A stretch of 59,294 nt of DNA, the filler included. It is 8 parts of 8 records of this genome, joined end to end, with 100 filler letters (N's around TTAATTAATTAA, not from the genome) between each part and the next. Parts side by side here need not be neighbours in the genome. Positions count along the whole stretch, not along the records: positions 29,357 to 39,946 come from SRR31147125_154849; positions 40,047 to 45,392 come from SRR31147125_155219; 6 more parts are not named here. The stretch is one strand, 5' to 3'. Of this stretch, positions 30,966-42,149 are shown piece after piece (position 1 is the stretch's first letter; each line of letters begins with the position of its first letter). Position numbers and translations under genes: made by a program. Below the pieces are notes generated by a model that worked only from the letters and a program-made list of their open reading frames with translations, did no database searches and had not been told where the DNA came from.

Positions 30966-33297
30966 AAAAGACCCATCCCATCTGAGCGCAGAGGGCCTGG
31001 TAAAAGGGACGGCAAAGTTCATCGGGGACGCCCCCAATTACAGGCAGGTAAATTACCTTTATCCGGTGGCCTCGGAAAAAGCCCACGCCAGAATCGAATC
31101 CATCGACACCACAGACGCCCTGGCCGTTGAAGGGGTGTCCCGGATTCTGTTTGCCGGGGATATCCCCGGGGTCAACGGCATCGGGATCGTGCGCCTGGAA
31201 GAGGAACCCCTGTTTGCAGGGGAGGAGGTCAAATACGTGGGCCAGCCCATCGGGCTGGTGCTGGCCGATACCCATGAAGCCGCCGTGCTTGGGGCCAGAA
31301 AGGTGAAGATCCAATACACGGAACTGCCGGCCATCCTGAGTATCGATGCGGCCCTTGCCCGGAACAGCCTCTTTGAAAAGCCCCTTGAAATTCATTCGGG
31401 AGATGTGGATACAGCCTTTGACGCTGCGGATATCATTTTAGAAGGGCAGCTTGCCTCAGGTGCCCAGGAACACCTCTACCTTGAGACCAACCGGACAGTG
31501 GCCGAGCCCTCGGACAACGGGGGGATTCTGGTCTATTCCGCCACCCAGGGGATCACCGAGGTCCAGGAAGTGATCGCCCAGGTTCTGGATCTTCCCTCCA
31601 GCACCATTGAGATGGATCTCATGCGTGTGGGCGGGGCCTTTGGCGGCAAGGAGCGGGGCGGCACCCTCTGGGCGGCCATGGCGGCACTGGCCGTCCACCA
31701 TACCCGGGTCCCGGCCATCCTCATCCTGGAACGGGCCGACGACATTGCCTGGACCGGCAAGCGCCACCCCTTTATGTCCACCTATCGGGTGGGGTGCACC
31801 CGGGAGGGCAGGATACTTGCCCTGGATGTGGAACTCAATGCCAATGGCGGCGCCTTTGAAGATTTAACCATGCCCGTGGTGGAACGGGCCATGATCGGGG
31901 CCGTGGGGCCCTATTTTATCCCCAACACCCGGATCATCGGCCGGGGATGCCTCACCCATCTGCCGCCCAACACGGCATTCAGGGGGTTTGGCGCCCCCCA
32001 GGCCAGCTTTGTCATTGAAAACATTGTCGACCGGATTGCCAGGAAAACCGGCAGGGATCTTTCCGAGATCCAGCGGCTTAATTTCTACCGTGAGGGCCAG
32101 TCCACCCCATACGGCCAGAAGGTCCATGAAGCATTCAGCCCATCTATTTTGGACAAGGTGCTGGACCAGAGCGATTACGCCAATCTTTGCCGTGACGTGG
32201 CCCGTTTCAACGAAGAACACCCCTATACCAAACGGGGAATCGGCCTTTTGCCCATGAAATACGGGATCGGGTTTACCGCCATTTTCCTGAACCAGGGCAA
32301 TGCCCTGGTCTGGGTCTATATGGACGGTTCCATATCCCTGACCCATGGGGGGGTGGAAATGGGCCAGGGGCTCTTTACCAAGGTGGCCAAGGTTGTGGCC
32401 CGGACCCTGGGGGTTTCCCTGGACAGGATCCGCTGCGAAAGCACCAATTCCAAGCGGATCGGATCCGTGGCCTCCACGGCCGCCTCATCAGGCAGCGACA
32501 TTAACGGGTATGCGGCCCACATGGCCTGCCTTAAGATTAAAAAGGAACTGGCCAAGGCCGCCGCCGCATTCCTTGGGGAAAAGCATGGTCTCACCCCCTG
32601 GCCCGAAGGGATCCTGTTTGAGAACGATCTTTTCTGGGACAAGCGGGACACGGATCACAAGGAGCGGTTTGAAGATCTGGCAAATTATGCCTATTTCAAC
32701 CGGTACGACCTGGGGGCCCAGGCCCATTACGCTATCCCGGGCATTAGCTGGGACAAGGAAAAGGGAAAGGGCACCCCCTTTGCCTATTTCAGCATCGGCC
32801 AGTGCCTGACGGTCATGGAGGTGGACACCCTCACCGGGAGCACCCGGATCGTCAAAGGGCTCATCGTCCATGAAGGCGGCCAGACCCTGGATGAAAAAAT
32901 CGACAGGGGCCAGATCACGGGCGGATTCATGCAGGGGGTCGGCCTGGTGACCATGGAGGAACTCAAGGTAGATCCTGCCACCGGAAGGCAGCTGGCGTGC
33001 AACCTGTCCACCTACAAGGTGCCGGCTTTTTCCGATTTTCCCGAGGACTTTTGTGTGGATATTTATTCCTCCCGGAACGACCATGCCAGCATCTTCGGTT
33101 CCAAGGGGATCGGGGAACCCTCGGTGCTTTACGGGCTTTCCGCCTATTTCGGCATCAAGCATGCCCTGGAGGCCTTGTGCAACGGCCGGTTTGAAAGCCA
33201 GTTGCCCAACCCGGCCACCCCGGAACGCATCCTCATGGAGGCCGAACGGCTCCGGCGCCTGGTTCAGGACGCACCCGGGGGCGCCGGGGAGAACTAA
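30958..33297 (+). CDS. xdhB: Xanthine dehydrogenase molybdopterin-binding subunit
   Basis: QEHLYLE, GGAFGGKE, ERAM, AFRGFGAPQ, IGFT, SKGIGEP. Purine-binding Glu/Arg/Phe/Phe and the catalytic Glu are retained. Confidence 0.92.
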   Translation: MSKKDPSHLSAEGLVKGTAKFIGDAPNYRQVNYLYPVASEKAHARIESIDTTDALAVEGVSRILFAGDIPGVNGIGIVRLEEEPLFAGEEVKYVGQPIGLVLADTHEAAVLGARKVKIQYTELPAILSIDAALARNSLFEKPLEIHSGDVDTAFDAADIILEGQLASGAQEHLYLETNRTVAEPSDNGGILVYSATQGITEVQEVIAQVLDLPSSTIEMDLMRVGGAFGGKERGGTLWAAMAALAVHHTRVPAILILERADDIAWTGKRHPFMSTYRVGCTREGRILALDVELNANGGAFEDLTMPVVERAMIGAVGPYFIPNTRIIGRGCLTHLPPNTAFRGFGAPQASFVIENIVDRIARKTGRDLSEIQRLNFYREGQSTPYGQKVHEAFSPSILDKVLDQSDYANLCRDVARFNEEHPYTKRGIGLLPMKYGIGFTAIFLNQGNALVWVYMDGSISLTHGGVEMGQGLFTKVAKVVARTLGVSLDRIRCESTNSKRIGSVASTAASSGSDINGYAAHMACLKIKKELAKAAAAFLGEKHGLTPWPEGILFENDLFWDKRDTDHKERFEDLANYAYFNRYDLGAQAHYAIPGISWDKEKGKGTPFAYFSIGQCLTVMEVDTLTGSTRIVKGLIVHEGGQTLDEKIDRGQITGGFMQGVGLVTMEELKVDPATGRQLACNLSTYKVPAFSDFPEDFCVDIYSSRNDHASIFGSKGIGEPSVLYGLSAYFGIKHALEALCNGRFESQLPNPATPERILMEAERLRRLVQDAPGGAGEN

Positions 33298-33384
33298 GGG
33301 CTTGATCCGTTCATAAACTGAAGCGAATGCAGTACAAGGAAATATTAATTAAAGGTCCCGAAAGGGCAAACGCAAAGGAAAAAA

Positions 33385-34386
33385 ATGAAAAAAAGTTGGA
33401 TTCTGTCCCTGGCTTTAATTCTGTCCCTGGTGGTGATGTTCCCCCTCAGCCCGGCCCTGGCAGGCAGCGGTAAATTAAAGGTCGCTCTGATTCTGCCCGG
33501 AAAGATTGATGATGTCTCCTGGAACCAGGCCATGTACGACGGCGTCAAGGCAGTTGAAGCCATGTATAAAGACAAAATCAAGGTCACCTATGTGGAAGAG
33601 GTCTATGAGGTGGCGGACATTGAACCGGCCATCCGGGATTTTGCCGCCGAAGGGTATGACCTGATCTTCGGCCACGGTTTCCAGTTCATGGAGCCCATCA
33701 TTAAGGTGGCCAAGCAGTTCCCCAAAACCAAATTCGCCCTGGGCACCGGTTTCAAAACCCTTGACAACACCTGTGTTTATGATGTCAAGCTGGGTGAAGG
33801 CGGCTACCTCATGGGCACCCTGGCCGGGCTCATGACCAAGAGCAATAAGATTGGTGTGGTGGGCGGCGCCGATGTGGCCGAGATTTATCGCGGCCATGAG
33901 GCCTTTAAGCTGGCCGCCAAAAAGGTGAACCCGAAAGTCGCTGTTCAGGAACTTTACACCGGTGACTGGCGGGATGCGGCTTCAGCCAAGGACGGCGCCA
34001 CCGGCATGTATGATTCCGGTGTGGATATTGTATGGCATTCCGGTGACGGCATCGGCCTCGGGGTGGTGAATGCCGCCAAGACCGAAAACAAGATCGCCCT
34101 GGGCAACGTGGTGGACCAGAACGTTTTAGCCCCCAAGAACATCCTTTCCGGCATCGTTTACCACTGGGAATCCGTGGTGAAACAGATTCTGGACGATATA
34201 CTTGCCGATAATTTCACCAACCGCAAGGAAAAGTACTACTGGCTCACGGTTGCCAATAAAGGCATCCAGGTCGCCCCCTTCCACGGGCTTGACGCGCAGG
34301 TTCCGGCCCCAGCCAAGGCCAAACTGGATGAGACTGTTCAGGCCATTGCCGACGGCGCCATTGTTGTGCCCCATTTTGAGAAGTAA
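33385..34386 (+). CDS. BMP-family ABC substrate-binding protein (purine/nucleoside)
   Basis: Signal peptide; PGKIDDVSWNQ, GYDLIFGHGFQF. Confidence 0.88.
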   Translation: MKKSWILSLALILSLVVMFPLSPALAGSGKLKVALILPGKIDDVSWNQAMYDGVKAVEAMYKDKIKVTYVEEVYEVADIEPAIRDFAAEGYDLIFGHGFQFMEPIIKVAKQFPKTKFALGTGFKTLDNTCVYDVKLGEGGYLMGTLAGLMTKSNKIGVVGGADVAEIYRGHEAFKLAAKKVNPKVAVQELYTGDWRDAASAKDGATGMYDSGVDIVWHSGDGIGLGVVNAAKTENKIALGNVVDQNVLAPKNILSGIVYHWESVVKQILDDILADNFTNRKEKYYWLTVANKGIQVAPFHGLDAQVPAPAKAKLDETVQAIADGAIVVPHFEK

Positions 34387-34406
34387 CCCCCAAACGTTTT
34401 GGGAAG

Positions 34407-34433
34407 AACCGGTGCAGCCCTGCTGCACCGGTT
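34407..34433 (+). terminator. Intra-operon hairpin after the binding-protein gene
   Basis: AACCGGTGCAG / CTGCACCGGTT 11-bp perfect stem. Confidence 0.5.
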
Positions 34434-34451
34434 TGTAAAAAGGATGATGTG

Positions 34452-35999
34452 ATGAGTGATATCCTGGTCAGAATGAAAGGTGTGACCAAGACTTTTGGGG
34501 GAATTGCCGCGAATAGAAAGGTTGATTTTTCCCTTAGACCTGGCACGGTCCACGGGCTTTTGGGAGAGAACGGCGCTGGAAAAACCACCCTGATGAATGT
34601 CCTGTTCGGTCTCTACCGGCCCGATGCAGGACAAATCGAACTCGGCGGCAGGCCCGTGGAGATCCATTCCCCCACGGCCGCCATGAAGCTTGGGATCGGC
34701 ATGGTGCACCAGCATTTTATGCTGGTCAGGACCCTGACGGTCACCGAAAACATCATGTTGGGGCTGGACTCGAGCCGCAAACCCCTGCTGGACACCAAAA
34801 AGGTCAGGGCAAAAATCCTGGAATTGTCAGGTCTATATCAACTGGATGTGGACCCGGATGCCCGGATCAGCCAGCTCTCCGTGGGAGAGCAGCAGCGTGT
34901 GGAGATCCTCACCGCCATCTTCAAGGGGGCCGAAATCCTCATCCTTGACGAGCCCACCGCCGTCCTGACCCCGGGGGAATCGGCGGAACTCTTCAAGATC
35001 CTGGAAAGCCTGAAAGCCCAGGGCAAAGGGGTGATCCTCATCAGCCACAAGCTTGAGGAAGTGCTCTCCATCGCGGACGAGGTCACCATCCTGAGAAACG
35101 GGGAAAAAACCGGGGCATGTCCCATTGATGAAAAGACCACAAAACAGGATCTGACCCGGATGATGGTGGGCCGGGACGTCCTTTTCGAGTTTGACCGGGA
35201 AAAGGTGGACCCAGGAGAAACCCTCATTGAGGCCCAGGATATCTGTGCCCTGGACGATAGGGGTGTCCGGGCCCTGGACCGGGTCTCCTTTAATATCCGC
35301 CAGGGAGAAATCCTGGGGCTTGCCGGTGTGGACGGCAACGGCCAGAAAGAGCTTTGCGAAGTGCTGACAGGCCTGCGGCAGGTTACCTCGGGCAGCCTTG
35401 TCATGGACGGCGGGCAGATGACGGGAAAGCCTCCAAAAGCCTTTATTGATAATAAAATTTTCCATATCCCCGAAGACCGTCAGAAAAGCGGCCTGGTCAT
35501 GGGATGGTCCATCCAGGAAAACCTGATCCTGAAGAATTACGACACCGGCATCATCTCGGGCCGGTGGTTCCTGAAAAAGCGGATCAGCAACCAGGCCGAC
35601 AGATTAATAAAGGATTATTCCATCAAAACACCGGACAGGGCGACCCGGGTGAGTAACCTCTCCGGCGGCAACCAGCAGAAGGTGATCCTGGCCAGGGAGA
35701 TGTGCTCCGACCCCGCCTTTCTCATTGTCAGCCACCCCACCCGGGGCCTGGACGTGGGCGCCATGGCCTATGTGCGGCAGCGCATTCTGGATGAAAAGGC
35801 AAAGGGCGCGGCCATCCTGCTGGTCAGCGCCGATCTTGAAGAACTCTTTCAATTATCCGACCGGATTGCGGTCATGTTCAACGGAGAGATCATGGATATT
35901 GTTTCGCCGGAACCCGGCATGGACGAGGATATAGACCAGGACATTGATCGCATCGGCATGCTCATGGCCGGGGTCCGCCAAGGGGAGGAAGTAAGATGA
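34452..35999 (+). CDS. Nucleoside/sugar ABC transporter ATP-binding protein (two ABC domains)
   Basis: GENGAGKT, LSVGEQQR, LSGGNQQK, PTRGLDVG. Confidence 0.93.
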   Translation: MSDILVRMKGVTKTFGGIAANRKVDFSLRPGTVHGLLGENGAGKTTLMNVLFGLYRPDAGQIELGGRPVEIHSPTAAMKLGIGMVHQHFMLVRTLTVTENIMLGLDSSRKPLLDTKKVRAKILELSGLYQLDVDPDARISQLSVGEQQRVEILTAIFKGAEILILDEPTAVLTPGESAELFKILESLKAQGKGVILISHKLEEVLSIADEVTILRNGEKTGACPIDEKTTKQDLTRMMVGRDVLFEFDREKVDPGETLIEAQDICALDDRGVRALDRVSFNIRQGEILGLAGVDGNGQKELCEVLTGLRQVTSGSLVMDGGQMTGKPPKAFIDNKIFHIPEDRQKSGLVMGWSIQENLILKNYDTGIISGRWFLKKRISNQADRLIKDYSIKTPDRATRVSNLSGGNQQKVILAREMCSDPAFLIVSHPTRGLDVGAMAYVRQRILDEKAKGAAILLVSADLEELFQLSDRIAVMFNGEIMDIVSPEPGMDEDIDQDIDRIGMLMAGVRQGEEVR

Positions 36000-37047
36000 C
36001 CAGACAATTGAAAGCCGCGGCAGGCCATACCTGGCCCGCCATGGTGGCCATACTTCTCGCCCTGGGGGTCTGCGGCATCCTTCTGGCGGCCACGGGGCAC
36101 GATCCTGTGGCCGCCTACAAAATGCTGTTCAAAGGGGCCTTCGGCAACAGCCACAGGATTGCCGAAACCCTGGTCAAAGCCATTCCCATCCTTGTCATCG
36201 CCCTGGGAACCTCCATTGCCTTTAAGTGCAAGCTTTGGAATATCGGCGGAAACGGGCAGTATACCTCCGGTGCCATTGCAGCGGTGGCCGTGGCCGTCTA
36301 CCTCCCCCTGCCGCCTTATATCCTTGTTCCCCTTTCCATGGCCGCATCCGTGGCCGCCGGGGCCCTGGTGGGAGGGATCCTTGGGTATATCCGGGCAAAA
36401 TTCAACGCCAACGAGGTGATCACCACCCTCATGGCCAACTATGTGATTGTCTATCTGTTGAGCTGGCTTGTGAACGGCCCCATGATGGACCCCAAGGGAT
36501 TCGGGTTCCCCCAGACCCCCTGATCCCGGAAAATCTGATGCTGCCGCAGCTGCTGGCCCCCACCCGGCTCCACGCAGGCCTGATCATCGCCCTGGTCCTT
36601 ATGGCCTTTATCATCCTCTTCTGGAAAACCCGGGCAGGATTTAGGATCTCCCTTGTGGGGGAAAGCCATGAGGTGGCCCGTGCAAACGGTGTCAACGTCA
36701 AAAGGCAGATCATCCTTACCATGGTCCTGTCCAGCGTGCTGCCGGCCCTGGCCGGATGGATCGATGTCTTCGGCATCCACGGCCGGCTCCAGGAAAACCT
36801 GGCCGGTGAACTGGGAACCATTGCCATTGTGGTCGCCCTTTTGGGCGGGCTGAACCCCGTGGGCATTGCCCTGGCAGCCCTGTTTTTTGCCGCCCTGGTC
36901 GTGGGCGGCGCCACCATGCAGCGGTTCGAAGGCGTACCCTGCTCCCTGGTGGGCATTATCCAGGGGCTGGTGATTATTTTCGTCATCTGCCGTGTGGTAT
37001 TTGAGAATTATAAGGAGAGACGTCGTGTCAAGCAGCTTGTTCATTGA
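35996..37047 (+). CDS. Nucleoside ABC transporter permease 1 (apparent frameshift at C-run 36516-36520)
   Basis: WNIGGNGQ, NEVITTLM, IVVALLGGLNP; hydrophobic. Confidence 0.87.
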
Positions 37048-37966
37048 TTTTATCATCAGCCTTCTGGCAGGGACCATCCGGATCAGCACCCCCATCCTGC
37101 TGCCGGCTTTGGGAGAGATCTACACCCAGCGGTCCGGCATCCTGAACCTGGGCCTGGAAGGCATCATGATCATGGGCGCCCTGGGCGGGTTCATCGGGGC
37201 ATACTTTACCGGGAATCTCTGGTTCGGGCTTTTCACCGCCGCCATGAGCGGCATGCTCTTTTCTTCCATCATGGCCTTCCTGAGCATCACCGTCAAGGCC
37301 AACCAGGTCATTGCAGGCACGGCCATGACCATCCTGGGGTCGTCTCTGGCCGCCTTTATCTACCGGGTGGTCTTCGGTATCAGAAAGCTGCCCCCCATCG
37401 TGGAAAGCTTTCCTTCCCTGAACTGCTTCGGCCTGTCGAAAATCCCCATATTGGGGCCCATTTTTTTCAACCAGAACATCATGGTCTATATGGCCTTTGC
37501 CCTGGTCTTCATCACCTGGTTTGTCCTGGAAAAGACCACCTTCGGCCTCAAAGTCAAGGCCGTGGGCGAATATCCCAGGGCGGCGGATGCCAAGGGGATC
37601 AACGTTGCCCTGATCCGGTACATCTGCGTCCTCATCGGCGGCGTCTACGCAGGCCTTGGCGGTGCCTTCATGTCCCTGGGCTTCATGGACACCTTTATGG
37701 ACCATATGATTGCCGGCCGGGGTTTCATCGCCGTTGCCGTGGTGATTTTTGCCCGGTGGGACCCCAAACGGGCGCTCTGGGCCGCACTTTTGTTCGGCGG
37801 GGCCAATGCGCTGCAGATGCGCCTTCAGGCCATGGGGGTGGATATCCCCAACCAGTTTTTGCTGGCGCTGCCCTATCTTTTGACCATCATCGTCCTGGTC
37901 GGGGTCTCCAAACGGGTCTCATTCCCCTCCGCATTCACCCAGCCCTATACCCGGTCAAGCAGATAG
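37025..37966 (+). CDS. Nucleoside ABC transporter permease 2
   Basis: SGILNLGLEG, GRGFIAVA, LPYLLT. Confidence 0.9.
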   Translation: MSSSLFIDFIISLLAGTIRISTPILLPALGEIYTQRSGILNLGLEGIMIMGALGGFIGAYFTGNLWFGLFTAAMSGMLFSSIMAFLSITVKANQVIAGTAMTILGSSLAAFIYRVVFGIRKLPPIVESFPSLNCFGLSKIPILGPIFFNQNIMVYMAFALVFITWFVLEKTTFGLKVKAVGEYPRAADAKGINVALIRYICVLIGGVYAGLGGAFMSLGFMDTFMDHMIAGRGFIAVAVVIFARWDPKRALWAALLFGGANALQMRLQAMGVDIPNQFLLALPYLLTIIVLVGVSKRVSFPSAFTQPYTRSSR

Positions 37967-37976
37967 GACGGTGACC

Positions 37977-38427
37977 ATGAGACCAAGGTTTAAAAAGATC
38001 GCCGGGGCGGTGATGCTGATCATCGCCCTGGGGGCTGTCACCCTGATAGCACTTCCCCGCCTCCCCCTGGAACACCAGGCCCAGCAGGTGGTGGACCGGT
38101 TTGTCCAGGCGGTCAACACTAACCGTCCCCAGGAGATTTACCCCCTGCTGACCCCGGCGCTCCAGGAAATGATCGATGCCAAAGGGTTTGTAAAGAATTT
38201 TGCCCACGAACGCTCCTATCCCTATCTGACGCCCCTTTTCCTTTATGTGGACCGCATTGAATTTTCAGATGGCAATACAAAGGCCCGTGTCTTCTGCACG
38301 GTGGCGGCCCGGCTTCCCGGAGAAAAAAGAATACAAGGTGGTCTATATCCCCTTTAAGGGCTATAGGATGGACGCCCTTAGGTCCATTGCAGACGGCTCT
38401 TACACATGGCGGTTCGACCGGCTCTAA
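37977..38427 (+). CDS. Membrane-anchored hypothetical protein (apparent frameshift at A-run 38323-38328)
   Basis: N-terminal TM segment; follows the permease; adding one A joins the two ORFs. Confidence 0.6.
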
Positions 38428-38479
38428 AAGGGGAGATCATTACCAGAATGCCGCCTGTCATGGCTTTTGGGATAAAGAA

Positions 38480-39696
38480 TCAGCAGGGTTCCACCTTTTT
38501 GGCATTGGGGCGGAAACCATCTGCCCATAGCATGGAAACAATCGTAAAAATACCGAGCATAACAAATCCCCAAGCCAGGGGGATGGTGGTCCCGTTGTAG
38601 TAATGTCCGATGACGGCAGATAAAGGGGAGGATATCAGATTGGTCAGGGCGCCGATGACTGCCGATCCTATCCCGGCAATATGCCCTAACGGTCCCATGG
38701 CCACAGCGTTAAGGTTTCCGAAAAGAATGCCAAGGCAAAAGAATGCAGCACAGAAAAAAGCATAAACATTCCCAACGGCGCCCTGGCATCCATTTGATAG
38801 GTGATTGCCAGATACGCGATCATCAGAATGATAAACAAGAAAATCGCATTGTATGCCAGCCTGCGCATGCCGAATCGTAAAACGATACGGGAATTTACAA
38901 ATGATGCCCCGCCGACAAAGAGGGCAATGCATGCCATATAAAGGGGGAATTGCTGTCCAAGGCTGTAGATTCCCTGATATATTTGCTGGGCGCAATTCAG
39001 GTAAGATAAGAGCACCCCGGACATGAATCCTGCCGCCATTGTGTAACCGAGGGAGAGCCGGTTGGAACAGACCTCAAAAATGCCGTTGAAAATGCGCCTT
39101 CCGGAAAAAGGAATACGGCTGTTTTTTGGCAATGTCTCCGGCTGTCGAATGGTGAACCATGTCACTGCAATAAGGCCCTGGATCATTAAAATGAAGAAAA
39201 CGGCGCGCCAGCCAGCCTTTAGCATGATGGTCTGACCCAATGCAGGTGCAACCGCAGGAACGAAAATGAAAACAGCCATTATCGCCGACATGATCCGGGC
39301 CATGGCACGTCCCTCGTATTGATCCCTTATCACGGCGACTATGGCTGTGCGGGGGCCTGCAACACCGAGCCCCTGGATAAATCTGCCGGCCAGCATGGTG
39401 TTAAATTGAGTGGAAAAGATGGATAGGAGGCAGCCCAGTGTAAAAATTAAAAAACCCGATAAAATGACAGGTTTTCTTCCAAAACAGTCCGACAGCGGAC
39501 CGAAAAGAAGCTGCCCCATGCCCATGCCCAGTATCAGAATTGAGATAACCAGTTGAACGTCATTGGGATGCGCGACCATAAGGTCCCTGCCCATGTCCGG
39601 CAAAGCCGGCAGCATCATATCGATGGATAATGCCGTGATGGAAATAATAAAGGCCATCAGGGTGATAAATTCTTTGTATCCCGGACCAGGTTTCAT
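38480..39696 (-). CDS. Bcr/CflA-family MFS efflux transporter (apparent frameshift at 38754-38759)
   Basis: ALSIDMMLPAL, GPLSDCFGRKP, GRFIQG, APALGQ, PETLP. Confidence 0.88.
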
Positions 39697-40046
39697 TGAA
39701 ATCCTTTTAATTTTTAATTGAACCATCAGTTTCGATTCCGCAAGAAGGTTATAATGTATTCACAGCCCATCGTCCATATTCAAGTGGCAGGTGTTTATAA
39801 TGGCCGGTTCCCTGTCCGGTTTTTAACGGCCCCTCCGGAAAAACGGGTAAAGAATTTAAGAAACGCCCTGGCCTGAAACCCGGTAAATCATAACGAATGC
39901 ACAGGGCGCCTGTTGGTTGACGGATTGCTTTTTTACAAAGGCGGCCNNNNNNNNNNNNNNNNNNNNNNNNNNNNNNNNNNNNNNNNNNNNTTAATTAATT
40001 AANNNNNNNNNNNNNNNNNNNNNNNNNNNNNNNNNNNNNNNNNNNN

Positions 40047-40499
40047 GACGGCGTTCTCGTAATCACTCTTGAAGCGGGAGCAGACCGCATCACGCACAAG
40101 ATGAACCTTGTAGCCGCGATCAAGCAGGTCAATGACCGTTTGAAACACACATACATGGGTTTCCATGCCGACGATGACTACCTGCTTTGCCTCGGTCTGT
40201 TCCAGTGCGGCGATAAAGTTATCTTCTCCGCAACAGCTGAAAGCGACCTTTTCCACACAGGGATCACTCTCGAGACCGTTCAGCTCCGCAACCGTATGAC
40301 CCAGCCCCTTCGGATACTGTTCCGTTGCAATGATCGGAAGTTCAAGCGCCTTAAACCCTTCGATCAGAAGGTTCGTATGCAACACCAGCTGCTGATAGAG
40401 CTCGCTGTCCATCGCTGGAGCCAGCTTCTCCTGGACATCGATAATCACCAATGCTGTCCCTTCCGGGCTCAACCAGAATTTATCCTTTATCGTTCCCAT
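40047..40499 (-). CDS. Isochorismatase-family cysteine hydrolase (3' truncated)
   Basis: IIDVQEKL, TEQYPKGLG, GMETHVCV. Confidence 0.9.
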
Positions 40500-40648
40500 A
40501 ACAGTTCTCCCTCATCAACGCTTATCAGGCATAGTTTTAGCTCGTATTGTCTTTAATAACATAAACTGAGTCAGACCAAAATCAAACAAAATGAAAATAA
40601 TTTTCAATTCCATTTTAAAACGTTTTTTTACTCAATAAAACAAATTAT

Positions 40649-40804
40649 TGTTGCAGGGCAGTGTTGTATGTGGTATCAACTGAAAAAATGCAACGCAACA
40701 TAACAAAACATACACAACTGTTATTTTAGCTGTAAAATTACCACCTTGTGAATTACATGCGCAAAAACAGCCTTTTAAGGTTGCAACAAAACAGCTTATG
40801 CAAC
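40649..40804. promoter_or_regulatory. Cluster of GTTGCA/TGCAAC half-sites upstream of the nrfD-like operon
   Basis: TGTTGCA 40649, TGCAAC 40689, GTTGCAAC 40780, TGCAAC 40799. The same motif recurs at 43845. Confidence 0.45.
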
Positions 40805-40883
40805 GCCGAATCAGCCTTATATGATATTTTTTATTGCTTGAATTTATATACAATTTTCAACTCCAGAGAAAAGGACTCGAAAC

Positions 40884-42107
40884 ATGCACGGCGTATCTAA
40901 AACAGGAAAATTCACCCTCAACGAACTGGAACACGGAATCACGGCGCGATTATTTTCCGGCACTCCCAAGTACTACGCAGCCGTTCTTCTGTCTGCCCTG
41001 CTCGTTCTTGCGGCGCTGGTCGCTGGGGTCCATTCAATCATTGTCGGCCACCACGCTACCTACAACGTCGACAGGGAAATTGCCTGGGGCATCCTGATCG
41101 CAACCTACGTATTCTTCGTTGTAACCTCAACGGGTCTCTGCCTGGTTTCATCTATCGGACACGTATTTGGCGTTAAATCCTACATGCCGATTGCCAAACG
41201 ATCAGTGTTCCTGTCGATTGCAACAATCCTGGGCGGATTTTTCGTTATCGCCTTTGAAATCAAGCTCCCCTGGAGAATGGCTGTCTACAATGTCATCTCT
41301 CCAAACATCACCTCTAACATCTGGTGGATGGGAACCCTGTATGGTGCTTATTTGGTCCTGATGATGTTTGAATTTTTCTTCCTGATCATCGACAAGCACA
41401 AGCCAGCATTCATTTGCGGCTTTACGGGCGCCATCGCAGGCATCGCCGCCCACAGTAACCTTGGTGCCGTCTTCGGTCTGCTGGTCGGTCGCGGATTCTG
41501 GCACGGCCCTTACATGTCCATCTACTTCATTGCCTCTGCCATGATGACCGGAACGGCCGTTATTTTCCTGTTTCACTACCTGGCCTACAAAGTCAACGGC
41601 GAATCTCTCAAAGATGACAAGCCAATGCTCGAATCCCTGGACGTTGTCCGTCGCCTCGGGATTCTCCTGCTCTGCGTTATCATCTTCTTCACCACCTGGA
41701 AGATGGTCGCCGGCGTCGCCGGTCAACCCAGCGGCAAATACGAAGCCGTTATGGCCCTGGTCAACGGACCTTACGCAATTAATTTCTGGGTTTTTGAAGC
41801 CGGGTTCGGTCTTATTATCCCATTAATTCTGTTCTACTTCTCCAGAGGCAAAAACCTCACAATGATGTTCTGGGGATCAACCCTGATGCTGATAGGTATT
41901 TTCGTTATGCGCTACGACCTGGTCATCGTCGGCCAGATTGTTCCCGTCTTCTACAAGTTGGGCGTCAACGAATTCAAACAACTACTGACCTACTTTCCAT
42001 CGTTCCACGAGATCATTATTACTCTCGGAGGGTTTGGCCTGACCTTCTTCCTTTTCCTGATCGGAGAGAAGATCTTTGATGGCCACAAGGTTGACCCACA
42101 CCACTAA
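40884..42107 (+). CDS. NrfD/PsrC/DsrP-family quinol-interacting membrane subunit
   Basis: WGILIATYVFF, SNIWWMG, HSNLGAVFG, MRYDLVIVGQ; about 10 TM segments. Confidence 0.88.
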   Translation: MHGVSKTGKFTLNELEHGITARLFSGTPKYYAAVLLSALLVLAALVAGVHSIIVGHHATYNVDREIAWGILIATYVFFVVTSTGLCLVSSIGHVFGVKSYMPIAKRSVFLSIATILGGFFVIAFEIKLPWRMAVYNVISPNITSNIWWMGTLYGAYLVLMMFEFFFLIIDKHKPAFICGFTGAIAGIAAHSNLGAVFGLLVGRGFWHGPYMSIYFIASAMMTGTAVIFLFHYLAYKVNGESLKDDKPMLESLDVVRRLGILLLCVIIFFTTWKMVAGVAGQPSGKYEAVMALVNGPYAINFWVFEAGFGLIIPLILFYFSRGKNLTMMFWGSTLMLIGIFVMRYDLVIVGQIVPVFYKLGVNEFKQLLTYFPSFHEIIITLGGFGLTFFLFLIGEKIFDGHKVDPHH

Positions 42108-42149
42108 CGTAAAACTACAGAACTGCCATATATATTGGAGAACAAGACA

